Source: an uncultured Acidaminococcales bacterium (lineage in GTDB: Bacteria; Bacillota; Negativicutes; Acidaminococcales; JAISLQ01). Taken from it: DNA of 51,714 nt. The translations under genes and the position numbers were made by a program. The notes under the pieces are model-generated. The model was not told the origin of the DNA. It worked only from the letters and a program-made list of their open reading frames with translations, and made no database searches. The stretch is taken from NCBI GenBank assembly GCA_964551985.1, contig CAZKFG010000005.1, forward strand, positions 1 through 51,714. Reading direction: 5' to 3'. This document shows, piece after piece, positions 28,501 to 39,186 of this stretch; the stretch's first letter is position 1; each line of letters begins with the position of its first letter.

Positions 28501-29781
28501 TTACTCGTTCCACTTTTGCCAATCTTGTACAAATTTATCCCACAAATCAGGCAAAAGTTTTCTTACCCTCAAAGACTGAGCTCTTTGTGCGCCGACGAAA
28601 ATACCCGCCTGAAAAACAAGCTCCGGTTGGTGCTGCTTTTTTAATATAGCGCCCACAATCTGCTCGTTTACATAGTTATCATGCAATACGCCAAGAGCAT
28701 CAAGCAGCTTTTTCAAACTGCGCATAACTTTATTCTCATCACCATAAGCGCGCCCTGACATACTTTGCATAACATAACGCATGCATTTGGCTTTAACTCT
28801 TATAGCGTGTGATTTTATATCATCAGAAAAATCAGATTGCAATTTGTGATTGTCATTCATCTGACGAAACCAGTTATTTAACCTTTTGTCTGCAATTTTA
28901 TCAAGTAGAACATCATCTTTGCCCGACTGGACATTACCAAGTTTGACAAAGTGCATAAATTCTAGCAACACTGGTGTAAAATATGTTAAAGAAAAAACTT
29001 CAACTGCTTTTTGCGTCTCAAGCTTTCGTTCGCTCGCCAAATAAAAAGAGAGTCTATCAATATTATCGCCACTTTTTTCAATGTTGATAGCGGCAGAGCG
29101 CCAAGCACTCAGCGCCACATCAAGCTCTCTTAAGCGTGATAATTTGACGGTAAAAAAACGAAACCGCTCACGCCATTTGTTAATACCCGAGAGAAATGTG
29201 CCTTTTAACATTGTAAGAACAGCTCTGAATTTTCTTATCTCAATTCTCAGTCTACGCACAGGAAGGCGCTCTTCAGGTTTTAAGCTAAATTCAGCAAGAG
29301 CCTGACTTATACCACACAAATGCCACCAGACAAGCTCATCTAGCGCCTCTTCAACACTACGAGAAGAAAACTCTTTGACGTGGAATCTACCGAACTCAGT
29401 GCCTTCAAGCAAATCTTCCAACCGCTGCTCGTGCGTGCGGTTTTCCAATATACATTTGAATTTTTTACTTATTTTTATAGCAAGCTTAATACTATCTTGT
29501 TGCCTGCCTGACAGCCTAGATAGGACAATCTCACGAACTTCAAGTTTTTGCCCGCCAATGAACATATTGCCAAAAGAATAGCTAATCTTTGTTCTGTTTG
29601 TTCCGCCAATAATCATTGCCGAGTAGGTTTTTATATAAGAGCTGTGCTCGCTATCTTTTTGAGGTTTAGCCTTAGCTTTTTGACTGTCGCCTTCTATAAG
29701 GAAAAGTTCCTTGCCAAACAGTTTTACAATGTTCTGCCAGCTAACTTTTTCCATCAAAAGCAACACTATTTCGCTTTTCAA
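28501..29781 (-). CDS. CHAD-domain protein
   Basis: RRLRIEIRKFRA, LSRLRELDV, HAIRVKAKCMRY, DALGVLHD. Confidence 0.85.
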   Translation of the reverse strand: MKSEIVLLLMEKVSWQNIVKLFGKELFLIEGDSQKAKAKPQKDSEHSSYIKTYSAMIIGGTNRTKISYSFGNMFIGGQKLEVREIVLSRLSGRQQDSIKLAIKISKKFKCILENRTHEQRLEDLLEGTEFGRFHVKEFSSRSVEEALDELVWWHLCGISQALAEFSLKPEERLPVRRLRIEIRKFRAVLTMLKGTFLSGINKWRERFRFFTVKLSRLRELDVALSAWRSAAINIEKSGDNIDRLSFYLASERKLETQKAVEVFSLTYFTPVLLEFMHFVKLGNVQSGKDDVLLDKIADKRLNNWFRQMNDNHKLQSDFSDDIKSHAIRVKAKCMRYVMQSMSGRAYGDENKVMRSLKKLLDALGVLHDNYVNEQIVGAILKKQHQPELVFQAGIFVGAQRAQSLRVRKLLPDLWDKFVQDWQKWNE

Positions 29782-29801
29782 CGCATAACCTCCTCAAAAA
29801 A

Positions 29802-30758
29802 TCAACTATCGTTAACGCAGCTAGGCATTTTATCGCCCTGTAAGCCTGCAATCAAATTATCCAGTGCCATAAGTGACATGGCATCTCTGGTTTCTATAGT
29901 ATATCCACCAATATGTGGAAAGACCACAACATTATCAAGTTCAAGTAGCTTGCTGCTACCAGGCAGCGGCTCAGGATCTGTGACATCAAAGGCTGCATAA
30001 GCAATTTTCTTATCAATAAGTGCTTTATACAAGCCTTCAGTATCAACAACTTTACCACGTGCTATATTGATAAATCTCGCAGTGTCTTTCATTTTGCAAA
30101 ACTGTTCATAGCCAAACATTTTTTCAGTTTGACCAGTCAAAGGTACTGTAGCCAAAACAAAATCTGCTGTTTGCAACAGTTGGTCAAAAGGCAAATATTT
30201 TGCACAAACACTATCTGCTAAACTAGACGGTTTGCGATTATAATAAACAATTTTCATTTTGCTCGCCAGCGCACGTTTGGCAACTGCAAATCCGACAGCC
30301 CCCATACCTACAATGCCAAGCACTTTGTCTTTTAAATCATGCCCCATGACAAACGGTTTACGTTCACCCCAAGCGCCATTTTTAACATGTAGCCAAGCCG
30401 AGTGCAAATACCTACTGCTACACAAAATCAGTCCATAAGCCGCATCAGCCGCTGCATCGGTGACAACGCCCGGTGTATTGCCTACCTTTATACCACGCTT
30501 TGTGCAATAATCAACATCAATATTATCATAACCAACCGAAACTTGTGATACTACCTTAAGATTAGGCGCCTTATCAAGTAGCGCCGCATCTATTTTCATC
30601 ATACTAGGAGAATAGATAGCATCAGCTTCTTTTAGCCAACTTGAAAAAACAGCTTCGTCAGTATCTTTTTGACGAATATTTAGTTCAAATAAATCTTTCA
30701 TCTTGTCAATTGCGGCAAGATTAACCTTGTTTGTGACGACAACCTTAAATTTTTTCAT
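29802..30758 (-). CDS. D-2-hydroxyacid dehydrogenase (glyoxylate/hydroxypyruvate reductase-like)
   Basis: VGYDNID, NTPGV, GIVGMGAVG, INIARG, DVTDPEP, PHIG. Confidence 0.9.
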   Translation of the reverse strand: MKKFKVVVTNKVNLAAIDKMKDLFELNIRQKDTDEAVFSSWLKEADAIYSPSMMKIDAALLDKAPNLKVVSQVSVGYDNIDVDYCTKRGIKVGNTPGVVTDAAADAAYGLILCSSRYLHSAWLHVKNGAWGERKPFVMGHDLKDKVLGIVGMGAVGFAVAKRALASKMKIVYYNRKPSSLADSVCAKYLPFDQLLQTADFVLATVPLTGQTEKMFGYEQFCKMKDTARFINIARGKVVDTEGLYKALIDKKIAYAAFDVTDPEPLPGSSKLLELDNVVVFPHIGGYTIETRDAMSLMALDNLIAGLQGDKMPSCVNDS

Positions 30759-30775
30759 AACAAAAACCTCAAAAA

Positions 30776-31141
30776 TTATCTTTTTGGCACGATTTCCAGC
30801 CAGTAACCGTCAGGATCGGAAATAAAATAAATTCCCATCGCTTTATTCTCATAGCAAATGCAGCCCATTTTTTCATGCAAAGCATGGGCCTTATCAAAAT
30901 CATCGGCTGTAAAAGCTAAATGAAATTCGTTATCACCGAGATTGTACGCTCTATCCCAATCACTTAGCCATGTGAGTTCTAGCAAATGATTTGTAGTGCC
31001 ATCACCCAAATAGACCAAAACAAAGCTGCCATCGCTTGCTTCTTTACGTTTAGCTTCTTTAAGACCAAGCGCCTTTTCATAAAAATCAAGACTTTTAGCC
31101 AAATCACGAACATTAAAATTATTATGAGCAAATTTAAACAC
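30776..31141 (-). CDS. gloA: Lactoylglutathione lyase (glyoxalase I/VOC family)
   Basis: HNNFNV, LELTW, YNLGDNEFHLAF, YFISDPDGYWLEI; AAGGAG RBS suggests GTG start at 31141. Confidence 0.85.
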   Translation of the reverse strand: MFKFAHNNFNVRDLAKSLDFYEKALGLKEAKRKEASDGSFVLVYLGDGTTNHLLELTWLSDWDRAYNLGDNEFHLAFTADDFDKAHALHEKMGCICYENKAMGIYFISDPDGYWLEIVPKR

Positions 31142-31160
31142 GTGCAACATCTCCTTTATT

Positions 31161-31661
31161 TTATGCAAGTAAAATGCGAATAAACATAATAAATAAAACC
31201 ATCCCGACAATTATCTTACCAATAATCGCCAAAAACTGATTACGCATTGCAATTAAAGCCAGCTTAAATCCTCTTTGACTTGAGCCTGAACAATATCCTA
31301 CAACAAACGCCGTTAAAAAAGCGCCTATTGCCGAACCGATAACAGAGCCCACGATAGGCAAAAACGCCGACCCTATAAAAGCACCTATCAGCGCTCCAAA
31401 TCCGACAAAAAGCGTACTCTTCCAAGTTAAATTCTCTTTTTTTATACCAAGGTAACCTACGACAAACTCCCACAATTCGCCAAAAAGATAAAGTGCTGCC
31501 ACAACAGCCAACTTATCAAAACTAATAGTGCTATAGTTAGTAAAAAAACCATAACCGACAAATAAAAACAACAGTAAAGTATTGCCTGGCAAATTAAAAG
31601 TTGCCAGCAAAAAAGATATTGTCGCTAAAATGCCCATTGCAATTTTTAAAAATATATCCAT
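31161..31661 (-). CDS. DUF456-family membrane protein
   Basis: LPG motif and Gly-rich TM helices. Confidence 0.75.
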   Translation of the reverse strand: MDIFLKIAMGILATISFLLATFNLPGNTLLLFLFVGYGFFTNYSTISFDKLAVVAALYLFGELWEFVVGYLGIKKENLTWKSTLFVGFGALIGAFIGSAFLPIVGSVIGSAIGAFLTAFVVGYCSGSSQRGFKLALIAMRNQFLAIIGKIIVGMVLFIMFIRILLA

Positions 31662-31669
31662 CTACACCT

Positions 31670-32938
31670 CTAAATAGAATAACCTTCAATATTTACACCT
31701 GCAGCCTTATTAAGGTCAATTATCTCACCGTCACTTGTTCTAATTACAGGCTCTTTATAAGACTTATGACTCCAGATAATCTCGGCAAGCCGCCCGTCAT
31801 CTAAAGTAACACGGTTGCTCAAAATAAAATCTTCCAAATAAACAGCTAGTACTTCACACATCTTCTTATCATATTTACCAGCCCAATAAGGTAATTGCTC
31901 TAAAACTTGTGGCAAAGATATAGCCTCTTTTTCTGGTGTCATCGGGAACATTGCGGTATCAACTGCGTTAGCAAGTGCCACAACCCTTACAAGATTAGGT
32001 ATTTTCTCTGCTGTAAGACGCAAAGGATATCCAGTACCGTCTAACAGTTCATGATGACTACCAATAATCAAAAGCACTTCTCTGGGCAAAAATCTTTGAT
32101 CTTTAACAAGATTAACGCCTGTCAGAACATGTTTTTGGTACAAAGCCTTCTCATCAGGGCTAAGACGTCTGTTGAATTTTTGCATATTATCAGGCAAAAG
32201 CGTGCAACCTATATCGTGCAATAAGCTACCTAAAACAACCACCAAAATATCTTTTTGTGTATAACGCATAAGCTGAGCTAACTTAGCTGCCAAAATGGTC
32301 GTACGCAAAGTATGTTTAACCAAAGGATTAGAGGTATCTTTGTAAGGATAAAAAGAATAGCCAATTACTCCGACAGTATTTAAAACAAAATTCTCCACTT
32401 TTTTGGCAAAATCATTACAATCGCGTAAAAACAACTGTCTTTCGCGTTTATCGCCAAAAAATACTTTATCTAAATCTTTAAGCAAACTTGCATAATCACC
32501 AAGTTTTTTTTCATCAACTAAGCTGGTTATCTTAACAGCCTGATTTTGCACGTTACAAGCCACGCCACTAGAATATAATTTGCTATCAAACCCACCCATT
32601 AAAATAGCCCTTATATTATCTTGTGTAATACCAAGCTCATTTTTTATCTGCTCAGAAGTCATAGCTAAAACGTTAAATTCTGGAGCTTTTTCTTCATTAA
32701 CTACTACAGTAATGTCACCAAAAGTTTGTCTGTCAAGCTTTAATTGTTCTGCTAGCGACTCATCTGTGTCGTGATCCTCACGTACTCTTATAAATTCTAT
32801 ATCCCAAGTTTTTAAAGTATCCACATTCGACTGTTTTAAACGTACATTAGCCTCTAACAAAACACTGTGTTTATCATCCATTATAGGCTCAGCTAGTACC
32901 ATTCCTGCAGCAAGATCAGCTTTATAAACTCTTTTCAT
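31670..32938 (-). CDS. HD-GYP domain protein
   Basis: LLHDIG, HHELLDGTGYP; N-terminal GMVLAEPI segment. Confidence 0.85.
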   Translation of the reverse strand: MKRVYKADLAAGMVLAEPIMDDKHSVLLEANVRLKQSNVDTLKTWDIEFIRVREDHDTDESLAEQLKLDRQTFGDITVVVNEEKAPEFNVLAMTSEQIKNELGITQDNIRAILMGGFDSKLYSSGVACNVQNQAVKITSLVDEKKLGDYASLLKDLDKVFFGDKRERQLFLRDCNDFAKKVENFVLNTVGVIGYSFYPYKDTSNPLVKHTLRTTILAAKLAQLMRYTQKDILVVVLGSLLHDIGCTLLPDNMQKFNRRLSPDEKALYQKHVLTGVNLVKDQRFLPREVLLIIGSHHELLDGTGYPLRLTAEKIPNLVRVVALANAVDTAMFPMTPEKEAISLPQVLEQLPYWAGKYDKKMCEVLAVYLEDFILSNRVTLDDGRLAEIIWSHKSYKEPVIRTSDGEIIDLNKAAGVNIEGYSI

Positions 32939-33047
32939 AAATTATCCTCCAAAAATTATCTTCCACATAGCATACATATTTAACTTATATTATATCTTTA
33001 TTTATCACTTTTATAAAGCCTTTTTTAAAATAATTATTAAGAAAAAA

Positions 33048-33076
33048 TTGACCGAAAAAATAACAAGTGGTATAAT
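33048..33076 (+). promoter_or_regulatory. Sigma-A promoter of metQ
   Basis: TTGACC, 17 nt, TATAAT with extended TG. Confidence 0.75.
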
Positions 33077-33116
33077 TTTTAATAGTTTAAAAAACAAAAA
33101 ACAAGGGGGAAACATC

Positions 33117-33926
33117 GTGCGTAAATTATTTTTACTACTGGCTCTAGCCCTTAGCCTTTTAATAGTTGGTTGTGGGCAAGATAGCAAACCAAAACAAGAA
33201 ACAAAATCTACAATCAAAGTAGGTGCAACGGCTGTACCACACGCAGAAATACTCAATTTCGTAAAACCAACTCTCGAAAAACAAGGCATAACGCTACAAG
33301 TTGTAGAAATGGCAGATTATGTAAGACCAAACCTTGCTGTTGCTGAAAAAGAACTAGATGCAAACTACTTCCAGCACATACCATATCTTGAAAAATTCTC
33401 TAAAGACCACAACTTAAAACTAGCTTCTATTGCTAAAGTACACATAGAGCCTATGGGCATCTACTCTAAAAAAATTAAAAACCTAAAAGACCTACCGGAA
33501 GGTGCTATAGTCTCTATTCCAAACGACCCAACAAACGGCGGCAGAGCGCTTATGCTACTTGAAAAAGCAGGCATAGTAAAGCTAAAACAAGGTGCCGGTA
33601 TAACAGCAACAGTCAAAGACATCACAGACAATCCTAAAAAAATAGTTATAAAAGAGCTAGAAGCAGCACAACTTCCACGTTCATTTGATGATGTTGCAAT
33701 AGCTGTTATAAATACTAACTATGCTTTGAGCGCTAAACTTGTTCCAACTAAAGATGCTCTATTTATCGAAACAAGCGACTCACCTTATGTAAACATTTTA
33801 GTTGCAAGGCAAGGCGACGAAAACCGCGATGCACTTAAAAAATTAGCCGCTGCTCTAAACAGTCCTGAAGTTAAAAAATTCATTGAAGAAAAATATTCTG
33901 GCGCAGTAGTGCCAGCCTTTAAATAA
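33117..33926 (+). CDS. metQ: MetQ/NlpA methionine-binding lipoprotein
   Basis: Lipobox IVGC, VPHAEIL, ANYFQHIPYL, PNDPTNGGRAL, SPYVN; GTG start after AAGGGGG. Confidence 0.93.
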   Translation: MRKLFLLLALALSLLIVGCGQDSKPKQETKSTIKVGATAVPHAEILNFVKPTLEKQGITLQVVEMADYVRPNLAVAEKELDANYFQHIPYLEKFSKDHNLKLASIAKVHIEPMGIYSKKIKNLKDLPEGAIVSIPNDPTNGGRALMLLEKAGIVKLKQGAGITATVKDITDNPKKIVIKELEAAQLPRSFDDVAIAVINTNYALSAKLVPTKDALFIETSDSPYVNILVARQGDENRDALKKLAAALNSPEVKKFIEEKYSGAVVPAFK

Positions 33927-33927
33927 C

Positions 33928-34320
33928 ATGCAAGAATTTAATTTAACTGTCGGACTTAAAGCCGAAAAAAAGCAAACAGTTACAAACCTTAATACCGCCA
34001 AAACTTATGGTAGCGGAGACATTGATGTATTTGCAACACCTGCCATGATAGGGCTTATGGAAGGTGCAAGCCTAATGATTACAGAAAAACACCTACCACA
34101 AGGCTTTAGCTCTGTTGGCACAAAAGTAGACGTCTATCATACTGCCGCAACGCCTATTGGCATGACGGTTACAGCCAAAGCGGAAATTGTAGAAATTCAC
34201 GGCAAAAGGCTGATATTTAAAATAGAAGCATTTGACGAAAAACAACAAATCGGCGAAGGTCTGCACGAGCGCTATATAATTGAAACGGAAAAATTCTTAA
34301 AAAAAGCTTATGCTAAGTAA
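33928..34320 (+). CDS. FlK-like hot-dog thioesterase
   Basis: GSG...VFATPAMIGLME, SVGT, HTAATPIG, IGEGLHER. Confidence 0.88.
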   Translation: MQEFNLTVGLKAEKKQTVTNLNTAKTYGSGDIDVFATPAMIGLMEGASLMITEKHLPQGFSSVGTKVDVYHTAATPIGMTVTAKAEIVEIHGKRLIFKIEAFDEKQQIGEGLHERYIIETEKFLKKAYAK

Positions 34321-34326
34321 AATAGC

Positions 34327-34358
34327 AAACCCGCAAGCAAACTGCTTGCGGGTTTTTT
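34327..34358. terminator. Intrinsic terminator
   Basis: aaacccgcaagca-aac-tgcttgcgggtttttt. Confidence 0.85.
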
Positions 34359-34386
34359 GTAAGTGCAATTAAACATTAATACTTTG

Positions 34387-34833
34387 CTATCCTGCATTTT
34401 TCATGTTAGCAATTTCTATCTGCGGGTCAGGACCGTATTTATTATCGCCGACATCACCAGCCTTTAATAATACATACCATATCCATATTACTATTACTAA
34501 CATAACAATTAAAAAAAGAATAAAAAAACTTAAAGAATCCACAAAACTTCCTACCGCAGCCCCAACCCCAGCTACTGCATATACACCTAAAAGCAGCCAG
34601 CCGCTTCTATGAACATCATGAAATCGTCTTACGGTAACTGCCATAGTCGGGATAAATAAAGCAAGTGAATAAATCCCGCTTAAAGTTGCTGCAATATCAC
34701 CAACAGTTAACATAGTAACAAAAAAAACTGTCTCAATCAAAAAATTTATAAAAATGAACATCCAATACTCTTTGCGACTTGCCCTGCCTTTAAAGTTAAA
34801 ATAATTCTTTAACACCTTTAGATACCAGTACAT
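34387..34833 (-). CDS. DUF805 (YhaH/YhaI-like) membrane protein
   Basis: FKGRASRKEYW, VTVRRFHD..RSGW, NKYGPDP. Confidence 0.93.
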   Translation of the reverse strand: MYWYLKVLKNYFNFKGRASRKEYWMFIFINFLIETVFFVTMLTVGDIAATLSGIYSLALFIPTMAVTVRRFHDVHRSGWLLLGVYAVAGVGAAVGSFVDSLSFFILFLIVMLVIVIWIWYVLLKAGDVGDNKYGPDPQIEIANMKNAG

Positions 34834-34938
34834 AAAATACCTCCGAGAACAGATTTTATGGATTTATTATACTAAAAATTCAGCATGAGTTCAAATAAAA
34901 AATCCTGCAAACATCTGCTTGCAGGACAAATATTACAT

Positions 34939-35370
34939 TTACATTATTTTGGGATCAGGACCATATTTATTATTACCAACTGTGCCTGACATAAGTGTTG
35001 CGATAAATATTCCTAAAACCAAAACAACAGAAAAAATTATCGACATCATAAACAATACACCGCTTACAAAAAGAGGCATAAAAAATAACGCTAAAATCAA
35101 AACCAAAGCTGGCAGATAGGTGCCAACAAGCCACCAGCCACTAAGATTTACATCGTGCAATCGTCTTACGGTAACCGCAAGATAGGGAATAGCAACAGCC
35201 CAAGAATAACCAGCGCCTACCATATTAAAAACATCTCCTAAGCCAAGCGATACTATAAAAATTGCAACCCCTATCAAAAAATTAATCAAAACAAACATCC
35301 AGTATTCTTTGCGTCTAGCTCTGCCTTTAAAGTTAAAATAATTTTTCAAAACTTTCAAATACCAGTGCAT
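34939..35370 (-). CDS. DUF805 membrane protein (tandem paralogue)
   Basis: FKGRARRKEYW, VRRLHD...SGW, NKYGPDP. Confidence 0.93.
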   Translation of the reverse strand: MHWYLKVLKNYFNFKGRARRKEYWMFVLINFLIGVAIFIVSLGLGDVFNMVGAGYSWAVAIPYLAVTVRRLHDVNLSGWWLVGTYLPALVLILALFFMPLFVSGVLFMMSIIFSVVLVLGIFIATLMSGTVGNNKYGPDPKIM

Positions 35371-35406
35371 ATTCAACCTCCTTGCAAAATTGATAATATT
35401 ATTATA

Positions 35407-36963
35407 CTATATTATCAATTCAAGTTCAAACATTCTGTTCCAAGGAAATTGTACTTTTAGGTTTTTGTAATATTCTTTTGGCAAACCGTATTTTTCACAA
35501 AGAACGACAATCTCAGCATAAGCGGCGGCCTCTAGCAAAGCTTTATTAGAATTTAAAGCTGTCCCATCTATCCCTTTGGGCCACACAATTTTTTTGTACA
35601 AATTATCTCGAACATTAGCCTGATAAGCCCATTCATCCAGAAAACGTACTGTCAAAATCTTATTTTTATCATTTTCTTTCATATGATCAGACAACAGTCC
35701 TTGCGATAAAGCATAGCCAAGCGAGTTGCTCGCCGTATTCCATCCGCCATACGAAGCCAATTTATAAGCTGTCTTATCTTGCAAAAGTCCTGCTACAAGT
35801 GCATTAGATGAACCATTGCCAAAAGCAATATCAGTTATTGCCACTTTTTTACCCTGAGATAGATACTTTTGCACATCATTTAAAAAGTTTTTTACAAGCT
35901 TACTAATTGTATAGTCATTAAGTGGCGACGAGGCACTTGGTGTTATGCCATCAAAGGGTGTATAAACAGCCAAAACTAAATCTGCACTATCTTTATATCT
36001 TGTCACAAACCCGCCAGAAGCCAATATATGTGAATTTACAGTGTTTAAAATAGCTGTATCTTCATAGCTTGGCACTGTTGCGCTACCTTTACCTTCAGCA
36101 TATACAGATAGCACAAAAGGAATATATAAATTGTAATCATTTACCGCCTTTGTCAAAAGCACAAGCCCTAGCTGGTCGGCACCTACAAAGGTGGAATAAT
36201 TTTTCAAATTGTTTTTTTGGACAAAAGCACTAAGTTCTCTTGATTCTTTGTGCGACTGTGAAAAAGGCGCTGTATCGTCTTTGCCCATGACAAAATAATC
36301 AAAAACACCTTTATCTGCCATGAGAAGTAACTGTTGATTTACTTTAAAATTAACCTCCCGACGCAAAAACCAATCATCGGTATATTCTTTGGGAATGCTT
36401 GAAAACAATTCATTTTTTTGCACTTGTTCTTTTTTCTTTAAACCTAGCATTTGCTCTTTATCGGATAATGCCGAATAAAGAAAAATTTGTGGTCCAAACT
36501 TTTCGTAATAATCTGGCTCCACACCACCACTAGACGCTTTTGGTGTACGCATAATTGTACTATAAGCGTATAGCCTTAAATTCAAGCTACTATTTTTAAT
36601 ATTTTTTAGTCGCTCTAAGCGCGTGAGTAGGACGTCATAAGCAAATTCGTGTTTACGCGAAGATACAAGCCCGCCATATATAAGCGCATCTGTAGAAACA
36701 ACTGCCGCATCAGCGGCTGGGGCCTCTTTAGTCAGCCAATCTAACAGCCCGTCAGGATTACCCATATTATAACGCGACGCAATAAGTTCTCTTGGCGGCA
36801 CTATGACCTCAAGCCCTGCTGCTTTTAGAGTATTTACAGTATATTCAAAACATACAGGTCTATCATCTAGCGGCACAAACAGCACTCTTTGTGCGAGAAC
36901 TTGCGATGTATTAACAAAACAAAAAACCATCAAAAGTAAAAAAATTTTCCAAACCCCTACCAA
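35407..36963 (-). CDS. DUF4127-family exported protein
   Basis: Signal peptide; VPLDDRP, YGGLVSSR, GADQ, YGGWNTASNSLG, FPWNRMFE. Confidence 0.85.
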   Translation of the reverse strand: MVGVWKIFLLLMVFCFVNTSQVLAQRVLFVPLDDRPVCFEYTVNTLKAAGLEVIVPPRELIASRYNMGNPDGLLDWLTKEAPAADAAVVSTDALIYGGLVSSRKHEFAYDVLLTRLERLKNIKNSSLNLRLYAYSTIMRTPKASSGGVEPDYYEKFGPQIFLYSALSDKEQMLGLKKKEQVQKNELFSSIPKEYTDDWFLRREVNFKVNQQLLLMADKGVFDYFVMGKDDTAPFSQSHKESRELSAFVQKNNLKNYSTFVGADQLGLVLLTKAVNDYNLYIPFVLSVYAEGKGSATVPSYEDTAILNTVNSHILASGGFVTRYKDSADLVLAVYTPFDGITPSASSPLNDYTISKLVKNFLNDVQKYLSQGKKVAITDIAFGNGSSNALVAGLLQDKTAYKLASYGGWNTASNSLGYALSQGLLSDHMKENDKNKILTVRFLDEWAYQANVRDNLYKKIVWPKGIDGTALNSNKALLEAAAYAEIVVLCEKYGLPKEYYKNLKVQFPWNRMFELELII

Positions 36964-37029
36964 CTTTACCCACCCCTTTGATATAATATATCTATATTAT
37001 AAATTAAAATAACGAAAAGAGGTATAAAT

Positions 37030-38262
37030 ATGGCAAAAATAAATAATAGCTACCTTAAATTACCCGGAAGTTATCTATTTGCCGAAATAAACAAACGTAT
37101 AAACGCTTACAAAAAGGCTCATCCAGACGCTGATATAATAAGACTAGGTATTGGTGATGTAACATTGCCGCTAGTTCCATCAGTAATAAAAGCCATGCAC
37201 CAAGCCACAGACGAGCTAGCAAAAAAAGAAACTTTTCGTGGCTATGGTCCTGAACAAGGTTATGATTTTTTAATTGAAGATATTATTAAATATGATTACA
37301 ACAGTCGTGGTGTAAAACTAAGTAACGACGAGGTGTTTGTCAGCGATGGCTCTAAATGCGATGTTGCAAACATACAAGAGCTGTTTGATAAAGACGTCAA
37401 AATAGCCATACCAGACCCTGTATATCCAGTGTATATTGATACAAATGTTATGGCAGGACGTACTGGCAAACTGCACAAAAACGGTTATTTCAAAAACATT
37501 GTCTACCTGCCATGCAAGGCAGAAAACACCTTTTTACCACAACTGCCTAAAGAAAAAGTAGATATCATATACCTTTGTTCACCAAACAACCCGACAGGTG
37601 TTGGCATAAACAAAAAACAACTGAAAAAATGGGTAGACTATGCAATTAAAAATCAAAGCATAATCTTGTTTGATGCAGCCTATGAAGCTTATATTACAGA
37701 ACCTGATATTCCTCACAGAATCTATGAAATACCAGGGGCGAAAAAAGTCGCTATAGAGTTTCGTTCATATTCTAAAACCGCAGGCTTTACAGGCGTACGT
37801 TGCGCTTACACTGTAGTACCTAAAAAACTATTTGGCTTTGACAAAAACAAACAAGTATCAATAAACGATATGTGGCGTCGCAGGCAAACAACCAAGTTTA
37901 ACGGTACATCATACATCACCCAAAGAGCCGCCCAAGCAATCTATACAAAACAAGGTAGTCAAGAAGTTAAAGCAATGATTGACTATTACATGCAAAATGC
38001 TAGAATTATCAGAGAAGGCTTGTCAACACTGGACCTTGAAGTTTATGGCGGTATAAACGCACCATACATCTGGCTAAAAACCCCACCTAAAACATCCTCT
38101 TGGGAATTTTTCGACATACTACTTACACAAACTCAAATAGTCTGCACACCAGGAGCAGGCTTTGGACCTAGCGGCGAGAATTACGTTCGCCTTAGCGCCT
38201 TTGGCGACAAAGACAGGACAGTCCAAGCAATAGAGCGCATTAAAGCACAATTAAAACTTTAA
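37030..38262 (+). CDS. dapL: LL-diaminopimelate aminotransferase
   Basis: [40 protein letters not shown]. Confidence 0.96.
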   Translation: MAKINNSYLKLPGSYLFAEINKRINAYKKAHPDADIIRLGIGDVTLPLVPSVIKAMHQATDELAKKETFRGYGPEQGYDFLIEDIIKYDYNSRGVKLSNDEVFVSDGSKCDVANIQELFDKDVKIAIPDPVYPVYIDTNVMAGRTGKLHKNGYFKNIVYLPCKAENTFLPQLPKEKVDIIYLCSPNNPTGVGINKKQLKKWVDYAIKNQSIILFDAAYEAYITEPDIPHRIYEIPGAKKVAIEFRSYSKTAGFTGVRCAYTVVPKKLFGFDKNKQVSINDMWRRRQTTKFNGTSYITQRAAQAIYTKQGSQEVKAMIDYYMQNARIIREGLSTLDLEVYGGINAPYIWLKTPPKTSSWEFFDILLTQTQIVCTPGAGFGPSGENYVRLSAFGDKDRTVQAIERIKAQLKL

Positions 38263-38303
38263 TAAAAAAATGGATAAATCAGACGATTTATCCATTTTTT
38301 ATT
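38261..38303. terminator. Bidirectional terminator
   Basis: aaaaaatggataaatc-agac-gatttatccatttttt. Confidence 0.85.
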
Positions 38304-38328
38304 AGCAAGTCCATTATAAATATAGTTT

Positions 38329-39183
38329 TTAGGCTTGTTTTAGTTTTTTTATGCAATAAAAAGTTATAATGCTGACAACGATAAATCCGCCTAAAATAGC
38401 AAAATTAGACGGTCTTTCTCCAAGCAGAAAAAACACCCATATAGGGTTTAAAACAGGCTCTACTGTAGGGATTATAATCGATTCTAGTGGTGTTACCTTG
38501 ACAACCGCACGAGAATACATTATGTATGGTATACCAAGCTGAAATACACCTAAAAAGCAGATAGCCAATAAACTCTGATTGTCAGGTAAAGGGAAATTCA
38601 TAAACGGCAAGCTAAGTAAAAAGGTTAAAACATTACCATATAAAATAACCATACTCGGCTCAAGATTACGAATAAAAGAAAAGGCTATTATCATTACCGC
38701 AAAAAATATACCACTACAAATTCCAAGAAGATTGCCAAGCAAACTCGAATAAGAAAAATCACCCAAAAAAAACAGTGCCATACCGCAAAGCGTTATGACA
38801 ATAACCCAAAAATCCAGCTTTTGTATTTTCTTTTTCAACACAACAGCCGAAAAAATAGCTACAAAAACAGGCGCTGTGTACTGTAAAAAGATAGCATTCG
38901 CAGCACTTGTAAGTTTGGTTGCGTTGATAAAGCTCATACATAAAAAGGCATAACAAAAACTTGCCAACCACAAGTACTTATCAAAAGATATTACCCGAGC
39001 CTTTGGCACCAAAAGCCAAATTGTAAACATCGAGACAAACCCTCTGGCACCTGCAATTGACATCGCGTCCCACTTTATATACTTAACAAATAAACCGCCC
39101 GTACTCCATAAAACAGCCGCAATAAGTAAAAATATTACGGCTGTTTTTTGATTTTCTACGTAAAACCAATCCTTTTTTGACAA
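38329..39183 (-). CDS. EamA/DMT-family transporter
   Basis: LWSTGG, ANAIFLQYTAP, EPVLNPIWV...GE.P; about 10 TM segments. Confidence 0.9.
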   Translation of the reverse strand: MSKKDWFYVENQKTAVIFLLIAAVLWSTGGLFVKYIKWDAMSIAGARGFVSMFTIWLLVPKARVISFDKYLWLASFCYAFLCMSFINATKLTSAANAIFLQYTAPVFVAIFSAVVLKKKIQKLDFWVIVITLCGMALFFLGDFSYSSLLGNLLGICSGIFFAVMIIAFSFIRNLEPSMVILYGNVLTFLLSLPFMNFPLPDNQSLLAICFLGVFQLGIPYIMYSRAVVKVTPLESIIIPTVEPVLNPIWVFFLLGERPSNFAILGGFIVVSIITFYCIKKLKQA

Positions 39184-39186
39184 AAT

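Noticed and set aside
32939-33116. SAM riboswitch or T-box before metQ; TTG start at 33048
   Set aside because: The promoter is only about 40 nt from the GTG start, leaving no room; the TTG is the -35 box.
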